This document shows positions 1 to 12,480 of a DNA stretch of 64,000 nucleotides, one piece after another (within the stretch, counting starts at the first letter, position 1; the number at the start of each line of letters is the position of its first letter). Source of the stretch: Geosiphon pyriformis uo1 (lineage: Eukaryota; Fungi; Glomeromycota); the NCBI GenBank assembly GCA_016748015.1, contig JAAOMT010000289.1:321639-385638 (forward strand), in the 5' to 3' direction. The notes beneath the pieces were generated by a model that was not told the origin of the DNA, made no database searches, and saw only the letters and a program-made list of their open reading frames with translations. The translations under genes and the position numbers were made by a program.

Positions 1-3000
1 TAAGTTAATTCCAATGCAATTGAATGATTGTTTTACTTTGATTGGTCTTAACAGTTTACTGGGTTTTGTTCCTTCTCTTCTCTAACAAGCATCACAATTT
101 TAAACATATTGGATAATGTCTGAATACATTGATGACCAATAATATCTTTTTCTGATTCTTTCCATAATTGCTTCTTTGTAAAAATGTCCTGCTGTTGGAT
201 CCGAGTACATGTTGAATAATATTGTCTCTTTTTCTGGTTTCATAATTACTTTAGTTGGCTGATCTGGATTTCTTTTGTTCTTCTGATAAAGTATATTTTG
301 ATGGTTGATGAAATATTTTGATTGCTGTTTTATGTTGTTTTGTTTCTTTTGAGATAATTTCTCCTTGAACAATTGGGTATTTATATAATATTAGAGTTGT
401 TAGTATTTTTGTATATTCATCTTTTTGTTATATTTTTGGGTTGAAATGTTTTTAGATTTGTCTTATTTGCAACAAACTGTTGGCATTTTTTTTTTTTTCT
501 TTTTTGTAATATATTGTATAATTAAATGGTGAAAGTTTTATTTTCTATCTGGCATAGTGATCATCTCCAAATTTTTGCTTCTGGATTAAAATCAATTTTT
601 TATGATCAGTGTACATATTAAACTTTTGACTCAAGTATTCTTTCCATTTTATAACTGCCCAATAGATAGTTAAGTGTTCTAGTGCTGGAGTTTCATAGTT
701 TTTTTCAGCTGGATTTAAGCTTCTGCTGACATAAGCTACTGGGTGTTCTTGTCCATCTGGTTTTTTCTAAGATAGTACCACTCTCAATGCTTGACCAGAT
801 GCATCTGTTGTAATTATGAATGGCTTGCTATAATCTAAATAGATTAGTACTAGAGCTTAAATAAGCTTTCTTTTTAATATATTAAAAGCTTCTTGCTGAA
901 TTTCTGTTCATTTATATCTGGTGTTCTTTGTTTGAAGCTGATGTAATAGCTGAGCCAGTTTGGAAAAATTTTTGATAAAATGGTGGTAGTAACCTGCAAA
1001 TCTTAAAAATGTTTGTAATTCTATCAAGTTGGTGAGTACTAGAAAGTTCTTAACTATCTCAATTTTGTCTGAATTTGTTTTGATTCCATTTTTGCTCATA
1101 ATATGTTCCAAAAACTTGAGTTTTGTTTTTTCAAAGAAATACTTGGTTGCATTTAATTTTAATCTGGCTCTTTTTAGTCTTTCAAATACTTGTTAAAGAT
1201 GGTATAAATAATTATCAAATGTTTTAAAGAACACATTAATGTCATCTAGATATACAACTATTAATTTTCATAGTAATCCAGTATAGACAATTTCCATAAG
1301 CTGTTGAAATATGGCTGAAGCATTTATCAAGCCAAATGACATAACTTTAAATTTAAAATTTCCTTCTCAAGTTGTAAAAACCGTTTTTTTTTGTCTTCTG
1401 GATTCATGGCTACTTGCCAATAACCACTATCTAAGTCTAAAGTTGAAAACCATTTCTTTTCTCCAAAAACATTGAATAGCTCTTGGATCTTTAGTATTGG
1501 GTAGCTATCTCCTTTGGTTACTTTATTCAGTTTTTGATAATCTACACAAAAGCAGATTTTTCCATTTTTCTTATGGACTAGTACCACTGGTGATAACTAT
1601 AGACTTATTGATGACTGAACTAGCCCATTGTCAAGCATTTAATTGATTTCTTAACAAATGATCTCATGGCTGGCTGGTGGTACTCTGTATGCTCTTTGTT
1701 TAATTGGCATTGCATCTCTAGTCTTGATCTAATACTGAATTATGTTAGTTTTGTCAAATTTATTTTTGCTGGCAAAGATGTCATTGAAGTTGTTAAGTAA
1801 CATTTTGAGCTGCATATATTGTAGTGAATCTAGATTTCCCAAGTTCATCTGTTTCAATTGTTTTAATTAGAGCAGATAACATTCTTCTCATTTATATATT
1901 GTTTGAGATGTGATATCTACATATCTACACAGTTGTGGAAAGTCTGAAATGGTGTTTGGCAGTTGGTTTTCAATTTCAGTGGTTAAATATCCAATGATAG
2001 TTCCTTTTGGTATTTCAATAGTGTTTCTCATATTGTTGTAAATAAGAATTTTGATGTGACTGTGGTTTTTGGCTGGTATGTGTAGATTAACTAATTCAAT
2101 TTCTCCTGATTCACAAAGTGTTGCTTCTGCTTCAAAAATCTGTACCTGATCCTTTACTTTTCTTTCTATGACTAATATGTACTGGTCATATGGTGAAATG
2201 AAAATTGATTGACAGGTGGAAATAATTTCTCTCTTGTCAGTAATTTTTTTCTCTGCCATATTAACTAATACATCTATTTTACTCATTAATCCGAATCTCT
2301 GTATCTTTTTAGCTGTAATCCTTAATTCTTCTCTGTTTTCCACTAATATTAATTGAAGTATTTTAACCAGAGACAGAAATATTGTCTGTGCTATTTTTTT
2401 GTTTGGCTCTATGATGTAGATCTTTTCTAAGTTATTTTGTAGCATTACAATGATATTTCCCACATATTCTGTATTAATTATTCCTCTTCTGATGTTGATT
2501 CTTTTTTTTGCTAAGCTACTTTTAGATACTAGTTGAGCCATTGTTGTTGCTGGGATTTCTAGTGTTACTTTGAGATCAATGCAGATGTGTGAATGTGGTT
2601 CCAATTTAATGACATCTTTTTCCAGATATCTTAGATCAAACTCTGTATTTGTATCATATACACATTCAGGCATAATGCTTTCATTATTATCACTGAACTA
2701 TTTCAATTTCTGCTCCTTGGTGAGATTAGGGAGCATAATGTATTGTTCAGAGTTTGAATCAAAGTTCGAATTATTGTTATTTTCATTGCTATTTTGAACA
2801 GAGCTGGAACTATTGTTTTTATCATTATCATTGTCAGAGTTTGAATTGGGATTGGAAATTAATTCTGATTCTAATGTGCAGCTGCTGATTAGTTCTTCCT
2901 CTTTCAGGATTGTGTAAATCATGCATGGTGGTGGATTGTAAATGAGATTACACTCATTACAATATTGAAAATCACATGAAATCAAACAGTAGTCACATAA

Positions 3001-6000
3001 TTGGGTGTTTATTTCTTCCAAGCATTGCTTCTGCTCTTCTCTTATAAGTGTTAAATTCTGATAGTGTTCATGAAACTCTTCTGGACCTGTTTCAATGTCA
3101 AAAAAAACATTTGGGTTTGGAATGAGAACAATGTCAACTGGTTTTGGAGGATTATTTTTGATTTCCAATATTTTACTAGGTGTGGCTCTTTTAACTTTGA
3201 CATTTGCCATCTACCAGAACTCATCCTCATCGTGTGGGTAACCATCCAAATAAGTTATTGCTTAGTGCCAGGCTGCAGTAATAAGAGTGTCATAATTGAC
3301 CCAGTTACTTATAAGGATTGTGTATTGGCACAAAGTGTTGCATATTCTTTTTCGACCAGGAATGTTATTTCACATTTCTTTGTCAAGCAATTGTTCTCCA
3401 CAAGTGAGACATGGTTTGTTATTCCACTTGTCTTGTCATTTTGGATAGCCATATCATTCTCTGTGGCATGACTTGCAATAATAGTGGCACTGTGTCAGTT
3501 TTGGACAGCCAGTTATTTTCAACAAAAGCTTGATACTGAATTGCTTCTATTACCAATACCTTAATTAGTATTATGATGCCATTGACTTCAAATGGAAAGT
3601 TATCTATTTAACCAATTGAAGTCTTTATTGTTTCATCAGCTGTAATTATCCTTGTACTGACAGCTTAATCAACTCAGTAACTTAATTGGTCTATAAGTTG
3701 TTATGTAATAATGCTGTCTACTGAACCATTATCTAGGATCAGTTTTATGTCCTGACCATCTATTTTAGCATTAGTGTACATGACAGTGATAGATTTTTAT
3801 TTGAGCATGACTCCACTGATCAATAGTGTTTGCGATGATTCTTTGAATTCAAATGGGAAAATTGCTGCTAGCAATTTATTGTTGGTTATAGTGGCTGGAG
3901 GTATATTGCTGGTAAGTGATTTGTTTTGGTCAAGTTCTTAGTTGTTGGATGAAATGTCTTTTGGAGTAACCAGAAGACTTAAATAGTGTTGGGAATTTAG
4001 GTTTTGGACATATCTAGTCTCCAAATTCCAAGAGCATGTTCCTGATTATTGGATGGAGGAACTAAGAATTGGTTGATGGACAATTATTGCCAATCTCCAG
4101 TTTTGTTGTGTCATTCTTGGCCTTTGTGTTCTGGTTTAAAGTATGTTTTGTGGTGGTGTTTAAATTTGTTGAGGCTAGTATATTACTTGTGGCTGCAGCT
4201 AATAAATAACAAAGTTTGTCAACTAATAAATTGGAGCTTGATATACTGGTGGTTGATAAATTGGCTATTGTATCATTTGGGTGTAATGAGGTGAGTATTG
4301 ATTCTAATTTGGATATTGATTTGGAGTTTAAAACCTGTGATCGGGGTTTCAATATTGATTTTCCGATTATAAGTTCTTATTATATAAATAGCAGTCCATT
4401 CTTAAATGGCCTTGTCTATTACAATTGTGACAGCTACGCATTTCTTGCTGCCATGGCTGATTGGATGATGATGAAGGATGCACTTGATTTTAGGAGTAAT
4501 TCATGTTTTCAGAATTATTGTATCATTGGGGTGGCTAATAAATTGTGTAATTGTCAGCTAAGTATTTTTCTAATTTTTGATTAATTGAATCACTGAGTTG
4601 TTTCAATTTAGAATCCAGTTCAGATGATCCATTTATCACTAAATTGACAGCTTAAGTATGGTTAACTTCGAGTTCTGTGAATTCAAAATCTCATGCATTG
4701 GTAACTGCATCTTGGAGAGTTTGTGAATATATTGGATATATGTATTAGAAGATGCTATTGTACAGTCCATGGATGAACTGGTTCAGAATCTGTGGTGCTG
4801 TAAAGTAATTTGTGTCAATCACTTGTATTTGACACAAGTTTCTATGAAAGTGTCCTAAATAAGTAGTGACTGCTTTAGTTTTTTCTTGCTTGATAATAGT
4901 GAAAGTATTGGCTAAGCAATTAATACTGTTGTTGTTGTTAAAATATCTTAAAAACTCAAGCTTAAATGCATTGAAATTCTGAGGTTTGTTGACCAAGCTC
5001 TGATATTACGAATTGGCGGTATTCTGGAGGAAGTATAGAATGGCTTGCATGGCTCATGCATCATTTTATCTGTTGGCTGTAATGGCTTTTTCCATATCGT
5101 TCAGCCACACTTGGGCATTGTTTTTCTTACTCATGAATTTTTCGAGTTTTATTATTAGAGCATAGGTCATTAGATCCAAGTTTGGTTGTTGTGGTAGTTG
5201 AAGTGGTAATTGCTAAAGTAGTATTGGCAGCTGTTAAAGTTGTTTAGCAATCAGATCAATTGGTTGTTAATTAATAAAAATTTCTGAAGGTAAGTTTTGC
5301 TAATTAATTAACTCAGGATTTGGATTGTTCTGGGTTTGCTGGGTTTGAATATTTGGAGTTTTAATTTCTGAATTTTCTAGAATCAGATTTTGTTTGCTAA
5401 TTTCTTGATCACTACTTTCTTCTTCTTCAGAGTTAGTTATTTTCCAAGGACTAATGGCTCCAAAATCTGGTTGTAGTAGTGGTAATTAAATTCTTAATGG
5501 CATTGGGGATCACAATTTAAATCCTTTGAAATAATCACCATATGTTCCTAATAACTCTGTTTTTTTTTGTTTACTTTGAAACAGGATTCTGTTCAGTAGT
5601 GTTGTTGTGCTTGCTGTAGCTGCACTTATTATATTAATAATACTTCTGAATATATAGTAATATGATGGATTAGCAGGTGAATCAAATTTTTGTTTCTTCC
5701 AAGTGGATAGTTGGATTTGTTTTGGTGTTCCTGCTGGTGTTTGTAATCTTCCTTTTCTCTTGTTAGCAAAAGTGATAGGAAATTTCTGCTTGGTGTATTT
5801 TTTAATTTCTCTGTTTATTTTTGTAATTAGGAGTGCAAATAAGTAGTTTTGTGGAAGGATAGTGCTTTGGAGTAGTTTACTAAAAAAATTGTTAAAGGTA
5901 AATTCTGGATCTTCTTGGTCTCCCAAATAATATACTATTCTCTTATTAACATAGCAATTGAAAGCTGATTCTGTTGGCCAATTATTATTTGTTAATTTGA

Positions 6001-6405
6001 GATGATTGTAATAGTGTTGGAATAAAAATTTTGTGAATCCCAAGTGGTTTGTTCCTGTTTCTTTGGATTCTGCCACTGTTTCAGATGAGTGTTTGTTGGT
6101 GCTGGTTCTCTGTAAGATTATATCTCACAGAGAGCATCAAATATTACAAGTGATTATTTGGGGTCTTAAAGCAAATAACAAACTCGTAATTTGGTGCTCA
6201 ATTGATATAATAATGTTGAGTTCTGAAGGTTAATTAGATCTGAAGGTTTTGGTTGAGTCTTTTGTATAATAAATAGAGATTCCAATGTAATTTTCTTTAA
6301 ATAGTGTTTTCAGTATCAACCCATGGGTTAAATAATTGTTGTTTATTGCTTTTCAAAATCACAATTCTATCAATTTTTTTTTTGGCATGGTGGCCAGCAA
6401 TCTTC
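1..6405 (-). mobile_element. Ty3/gypsy LTR retrotransposon internal region, degenerate; integrase runs off the left edge
   Basis: Minus-strand domain order: gag (4745-5150, FLRYFNNNNSINCLANTF), CCHC knuckle CHNCNRQGHLRMDC (~4390-4432), aspartic protease LILDNGS (~3725-3750), dUTPase (~2290-2673), RT (FCVDYQKLN, STLDLDSGYWQ, VVYLDD ~1241-1258), RNase H (TTDAS ~800), integrase Zn-finger start (AGHF...RYYW, 100-372). Many stops and frameshifts. Confidence 0.95.
2290..2673 (-). pseudogene. dUTPase domain inside the gypsy pol, between protease and RT
   Basis: Degenerate versions of all five dUTPase motifs: EFDLR, SKSSLAKK, GIINTEYVG, KIAQTIF, AKKIQRFGL. Confidence 0.85.
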
Positions 6406-7036
6406 TGGTAAGCTATTCTTAAATCTGAGTGTCTACTCTTATTCCTGAGTCTTTTACCAGTGCTATATCCTGATGTCAGTAATTTAGCACTTTAATCCTT
6501 TAATCAATTAGTACACAACAATAAATAACAAAACAAAAGAAAAGAAAATAAAAGAAAATAAAGAAATAAGCCAAGACAATAAATGTTAGTATCCTGTCAA
6601 TAGTCATAATTAAGAGCTATTATTCTAGTGTAGTTAATTATCAATTACTATCAACATAAAGTTTTAATAGTGGAGAGTATATTTGAGATATAAAATAATT
6701 ATTTATTGATATTTGTGATATATAAGGTTGTTTGGATTAAATCTAAACTAAGAGGTCTCTTTTTTCTGCTTCTAATGCTACTGCTATATATATCTAATTT
6801 AGGTTCTATAAGATTGCTCACATTTTTGAGTGATGTGCTATGATTTCTTGAATAATGCTCATATTGTTAAGCAATGTGCCTTAATTTTCTAATATCACTC
6901 CACATTGTTGAACAATGTGCTGTAATTTCTGATATTGCTCCACATTGCTAAGCAATGTGTTTATATGCTAACTATTACTTTTTTATTAGTCTACTATTTT
7001 CTATATCTGTTTTCTTTATAAGTAACAATGTCTTTT
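6406..7036 (-). repeat. 5' LTR of the gypsy element (boundaries approximate)
   Basis: Abuts the gag leader. Begins TGGTAAG at 6406 and has a GTAACA end candidate at 7027. TATA-like tatatata at ~6785. Colinear copies at 7037-7852 and ~46890-47330. Confidence 0.7.
6819..6959. repeat. Four tandem 40-41 bp units, each with a 19 bp dyad core (CACATTGYT-N-ARCAATGTG)
   Basis: Cores start at 6819, 6860, 6901 and 6941; the last two are perfect 9+1+9 palindromes. Confidence 0.85.
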
Positions 7037-7172
7037 TAATAAGTTATCCTTAAATTTTTATTCTTATTTCTGGATCTTTTACCAAGTTATCTTTGACATC
7101 AAATACTTAGTGCTTAATTTTTTTAATTAATTAACAAACAATAAAACAAAACAAAAGAAAAAAAAATTAATC

Positions 7173-7247
<75 letters not shown>

Positions 7248-7852
7248 TAATAATAAAAAAAAAAAAAAAAAAAGAAGAAATTAATATTTTATTAATAGCC
7301 ATAATCAAAAACTATTGGTTCAATGTAATTAAGTCTTGAATTCTATCAATATAAAGTGTTAATAGTATAGAATTAATTAATATTTCTTAATTAAATAATG
7401 ATAATATGAATTTAAGTAATAATTAATATTTTATTGATATGTAATTTGATTTTACTTTAAGTTATAAAAAACTACTTTTTGAAAAAAGAAGTATTGGATA
7501 ATTAATAGTTTTAATTAATTTGTCTTAATTGATTTTGTTTTTTTTGTTTCTAATATTCTCATTATATATATATAATTTTTATTATATAAGATTTCATATT
7601 TTTTTGAGCAATATGTTCTATTTTCTCTGATAATATGTTTATTGCTAAGCAATATATCATGATTTTTTAACAATGTGCTTATTGCTAAACAGTATGTTAT
7701 AATTTACTAACAATATACTTATTGCTAAGCAATATGTTATAATTTTTTAATATTGTGCTTATTTGTTATATCTTATTCTTTTATTAATTTATTTTTTTAT
7801 TTGTTTTTCCTACTTTTTTTTTTTCTATGAATAATAATACTTTTTTTTAACA
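7037..7852 (-). repeat. Second, more decayed LTR copy in tandem
   Basis: Colinear with 6406-7036: aagttatccttaaat...cttttacca, A-rich tract, aatagccataatcaaaaactatt, tatatata, attgctaagcaat array at 7600-7760. Confidence 0.75.
7173..7255. repeat. (ATA)n microsatellite followed by poly(A), inside the second LTR
   Basis: Directly visible. Confidence 0.95.
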
Positions 7853-9319
7853 TAATATTACTTAAAACAGTTATTAGCTTTACCACAAAGAGATTATTTG
7901 CTTAAGAAAAATTTGCAAAAAAATAACAAGAAAAAATAAAAACTTTTTTTTCAAAATATGCTCTTTAAGAAATTTGGAATATAAGAAAGAAAGAAGTTTT
8001 TTATTAACTTTAAAAAATATTTATAATAAGAAATTTATTTAAAATAATAATTTTATTAATTTTAAAAAAAATTATTTAATTTGTTTATTAGAATTTTTTT
8101 ATATTAATAATAATAAAAATAATTATTTGTATTAATTTGTTAATATTTTTTTTAAAAAATATTTAAAATTTATTATAAATTAAATTTTAAATTGATTACA
8201 ATTAAATTTAAAAAAAAAAACTTATTTACATAAAAATAGACCAAATTTTTAATAATAATATATAATTATTAAATTATATTTAGTTAAAACACAATAATAA
8301 AATATGTAAATAATAAAATTTAATTAAAATATAAACATAATATTAATTTTATTTATAATATTTTAATTGTATTTAATTATATATGTAAATTTTTATAAAA
8401 TTAAGTTATTAATAAAATTTTTTTTAATAAATTAAATAACTAATAATTATATAATTAATAAAATTTAAAATAATAATATAATATTAAATTAAAAAAATTA
8501 TATAATTTTAAGCTTAAATTTTAATTAATAATAATAATATTAAAAATATTTTTGTTTTAAATAATGTTTTTTTAAGTTTTAATAATTATTATATTTAAAA
8601 TTATTATTATTTTGTGTATATGTTTTTAAATATTAAAATTATTGTAATTTTCTAATAATTAATAATGTAATTTTTGCTTGAAAATTTATTTTAAAGGTAT
8701 AATTTCCAAAAATTTTAAACACTGTTTTTTGATAATTTGTTTTTAAATTTAATACCAAAATAAATAATTTTTTGTACTCTTTAATTGCTAAATTAAACAG
8801 TTTTAATGTTAAAAATCTTATTAATTTATGAAATTAAAAAATTTCAAGTTATTTTTTTAAAATTTAGAATTCAATTGTTTATGTGTTAACTCAAAAAAAT
8901 TGATTTTGCAATTGTTAAACTATATCAAAGAAAGATGAATTCAAAAATTTATATATCTTTTGAGGGTTAAAAATTTTGATTTTGCAAAGATTTCAATTGA
9001 TTTGACAAATTTTAATATTTTGACAAATTTTGCTCAAAATATTCAAAACTCAACAAATTTTCAATTATTCCACCTGAATTAAATAATTAATAAGAAATTT
9101 AAAGTGATAATAATAAGGATGTTTGAGGCTCAAATTTCAATTCGTAATAAAATTAGTAATTTATTACTTACCTTTTTAATCGAGTGAAAGAAGAAATCAA
9201 AGGACAATGAGGCGGCCAAAAAAAGTAAGTATTTTTATTTACTTACTTTTTTAAACGGCAACTGATTAGTATTTTTATTGATAGGCATTATTAAGCAAAT
9301 CTTTTCGTCGGTGCGAGAA

Positions 9320-11586
9320 ATGTCAACCCAACAATCGGAACACAATAAACTCCTTTTTAAAGAAAAAGAAGATGTACTCTGCTTTCACGGTCCTCTACTA
9401 TATGAGGCAAAGGTTCTAAAAGCTGAGATATGGACTCTAGGTGACTCGGAAATTGGCAACATAGGTCCCCACTATTATGTTCACTACAAAGGATGGAAAG
9501 CTTCTTATGATGAATGGGTACCAAATGCTAGAGTATTAAAATATAATCAGGACAATCTTCAGGAGCAGACACGATTGAAAGAAAAGCACACTCAATATAA
9601 AAAGAAAAAGGTCGGAATTCCAAAGCCTGTCACTCAAGAAGATCAACCAATTAAAAAGAAGCCATCCACAGTGCTGGGGGCTTTACCCAAATCCACGGCA
9701 TCAAAATCAACAAAACCAGTGGAAAACATGTCATCTGAGAGCAACCCGGTATCTCAAAGTGGAAGAACCTTGAAACCCACTGAAAAGAAGGAAGAAATCA
9801 AGAAGCACGTGGTAAAAAAAGATGAAATCAAGAGCGAAAATGGAAAGGATAAAGTTAGAAAAGAGGCAGTCAAAGAGGGAAAGGAAAAAGATATCCCTCA
9901 AGAGACAATCGAAGCTCAAGAAAAGCCCACTAACGGAAAAGAGAAGCCAGGAGACGAGATGGATATTGATCCACCCCATCTCAATGAAAAGCATAAAGTT
10001 GACAATTCGGCTAAACAAGAATCTCTGAACTTTGTGGAGCTAATTGGAGAAATAGGGCCACAAGAGCAAGATATATCTTATAATATCCAGGACCATGATG
10101 GAAAGAGGAAATTCGCCGAAATTGATAAATCCTCTGAGGTTTGGATTCGAGAATCTCTCAGATATCAATTTTAAACTCACAATTTCTGATATTTAATATC
10201 TTGGAAATTACAAATTTCCAGTTCACTTTGCCGTTAGAGACAGAGGCGTTTTTCCAAACTCGTCCTGAAGTTGAAATTCGCATCCCTGAACCTCTCCAAG
10301 TTAAACTTGTTGATGACTGGGAAACTGTTTCTAAACTTGGATTGGTATTTATAAGCTAATTTTCGATAATACCGATAACAAAAAAAAAACGAAAATAATT
10401 TCAATGTGATTTAAAATAGGCTTTCATATTCGAAATAATCTGATCATTTTATATAAATCTGCAGAGGAGAGAGCTTGCTCGACCTATCACATTTAATGAA
10501 ATTCTCAGAAAATGGGTTGAATATCAACGTAAGCAAGACATGGAGGAGAAAGAGGATCAAAATAAAGGGAATTCAACAGAAAATAATGAAGCTGTTATCT
10601 CGCCGCCTATTTTACCACCAATAAATGGAGAAGCCAACTTCAAATCAAATACAGGAGCTAACGATGCCAAAAATGACCATAATATTGAAATTCATGAAGA
10701 TTCAAATCCTCAGGCTGATCCTTTGAAATCCAACTCAACAGCAAAAGGGAAAGGTGGGCAAGAGGCTTTGACATTAATTAAAAATACCACTGTTGAGACT
10801 GAATTAGATGAACAAGAAATTAACGAGGCTGAAGTTGATGCCGTCTCAGGTCTTGCAATTGATGCGAATCAGCCGATTCTGAATTATCAGAAGATAGAAG
10901 CCTCAGATGATGCAGGTCCATCTTCAGCCGCTGTTCCCCAAGTACCCACAGATATATATGATGAGGTGGCTGAAGGTCTTAAAAAGTACTTTGAACGAAC
11001 TTTGAGTCATACTTTACTATATAACTCAGAAAGACCTACCTTAGCTGAGCTACTCAAGACCAAACCAAATCAAATTTATGGAGATATATTCGGAGCCGAA
11101 CATATGTTACGGTTCTTCGTGAAACTGCCCGAATTTCTCGCTCATACCGAAATCGAATATGATTGCGTACAAGAGCTGTCATTTCGGATCACCCAAATAA
11201 TGGCATTTTTAATGATGAATATTCATGAATTTTTCGATCCATCTCCCAATCAAGCAAACTCCTTGGAGGTTTTCACCAAAAAGCCAAGGATCAATCCCCC
11301 ACAACCACGAAAATCAGTCACTTCGTGGAGAAACCAGCCTGGCTTGACTTGTGCAAATTGTGAAACCCAAGATACACCTGGCTGGCGTGTCGGGAGCACT
11401 CAAGATGAGAAACTATGTAACGGTACTGATATATTCGTTATCAGCCATCTTTCTACTAATGGAGTATATTATGGAACCCAAACTAATTCCTTTTTTTATT
11501 TAGCATGTGGCCTCTATTACGCCAAACACCGTATTCAACGGCCTTCCAATTTATGGGGATTGATTAGAAGCAAGCGAAAAGCTTGA
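9320..11586 (+). CDS. EAF3: Eaf3/MRG15-family protein (chromo-barrel + MRG domain) with a C-terminal GATA zinc finger; 4 exons
   Basis: VLCFHGPLLYEAKV...HYKGWKASYDEWV; IRIPEPLQVKLVDDWE; GLKKYFERTL...LLY...ER; FGAEHMLRFFVKLP; after splicing CANC-X18-CNACGLYY. Exons about 9320-10138, 10222-10344, 10465-11422, 11504-11586. Confidence 0.9.
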
Positions 11587-12480
11587 TCCCCACATCAGGC
11601 TTCCGAAATAGCAATTTATTTTTCAGTTTCGTTATTGCCAATAAAATAAATGGGGACTTGCTATTTTTACTCAAATTGATTCAAAGGCTCCACGAAGTAC
11701 GAGCTTTTGGATTCCTTTATTATGGAAATTAAGATCAATCTCCGCCATGAGCATGATTAATTACGAGACTCCAGCTCTTTGCGACCAAATGATCCAAGAG
11801 TTTTCGAATGATTCACTAATAGCATTTATCAAAAATGATCAATCTTCTGATGCTGCCCATTTTTGCATTTCCTGTTTTTGTTGCACATTTTTTATTGTAC
11901 AAATTTTTTTGTTTCAACGTAAATATTACGATGATACAAATTTTTGGTAACAATTAAAAAAAAAATTTGATTAAAAATCTACATAATGAATTTTGTAGGC
12001 AAAATAATCAAAAGCATAAAATTCAATTGTATTTATACAAAGAAGTAATAAACCAATAAAGCAAGTATTAACTAATTACAAAAACTTTTGATCATATAAT
12101 TCTTGTATTCAAAGTTTGCCTAATTATTACTAAGCAAAATTGTAAAAAAATTAACCTTTTAAATGTTATTTATTAAATTTTAGTAGTCTTCTGATTTTTG
12201 TATAATAATACCAAAAATTTTCAAATATAAATACATTTGAAATTTTACATATTAAAATGAAATTTTTAACGGAAAATATTTATCTTTTAGAATTGTCTTC
12301 AAGTTTGATTATATTACATCCTTTTCAGTGTGTAGTATTGGGAGTAATGTTTGATAAAGTATGCAAATTGTCCGTGTTATTTAGCCACAAGGAATTGTTC
12401 ATTTTAAGTTCTTCCTCACTTGAGAGCAAAAGCTATCTAGAATAGTAATCCACCAATCTATTCACCCGTATATTACATAA

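Noticed and set aside
6383-6405. Possible primer-binding site next to the LTR (minus strand tgctggccaccatgcc)
   Set aside because: No clean TGG start and I cannot match it to a tRNA 3' end by eye.
6819-6959. Regularly spaced palindromic repeats resembling a CRISPR array
   Set aside because: Spacers are similar to each other, the array lies in an LTR of a eukaryote, and there are no cas genes.
8860-9076. Possible DNA-transposon terminus ending ccacctg, with short internal repeats
   Set aside because: No partner TIR or TSD found in the window.
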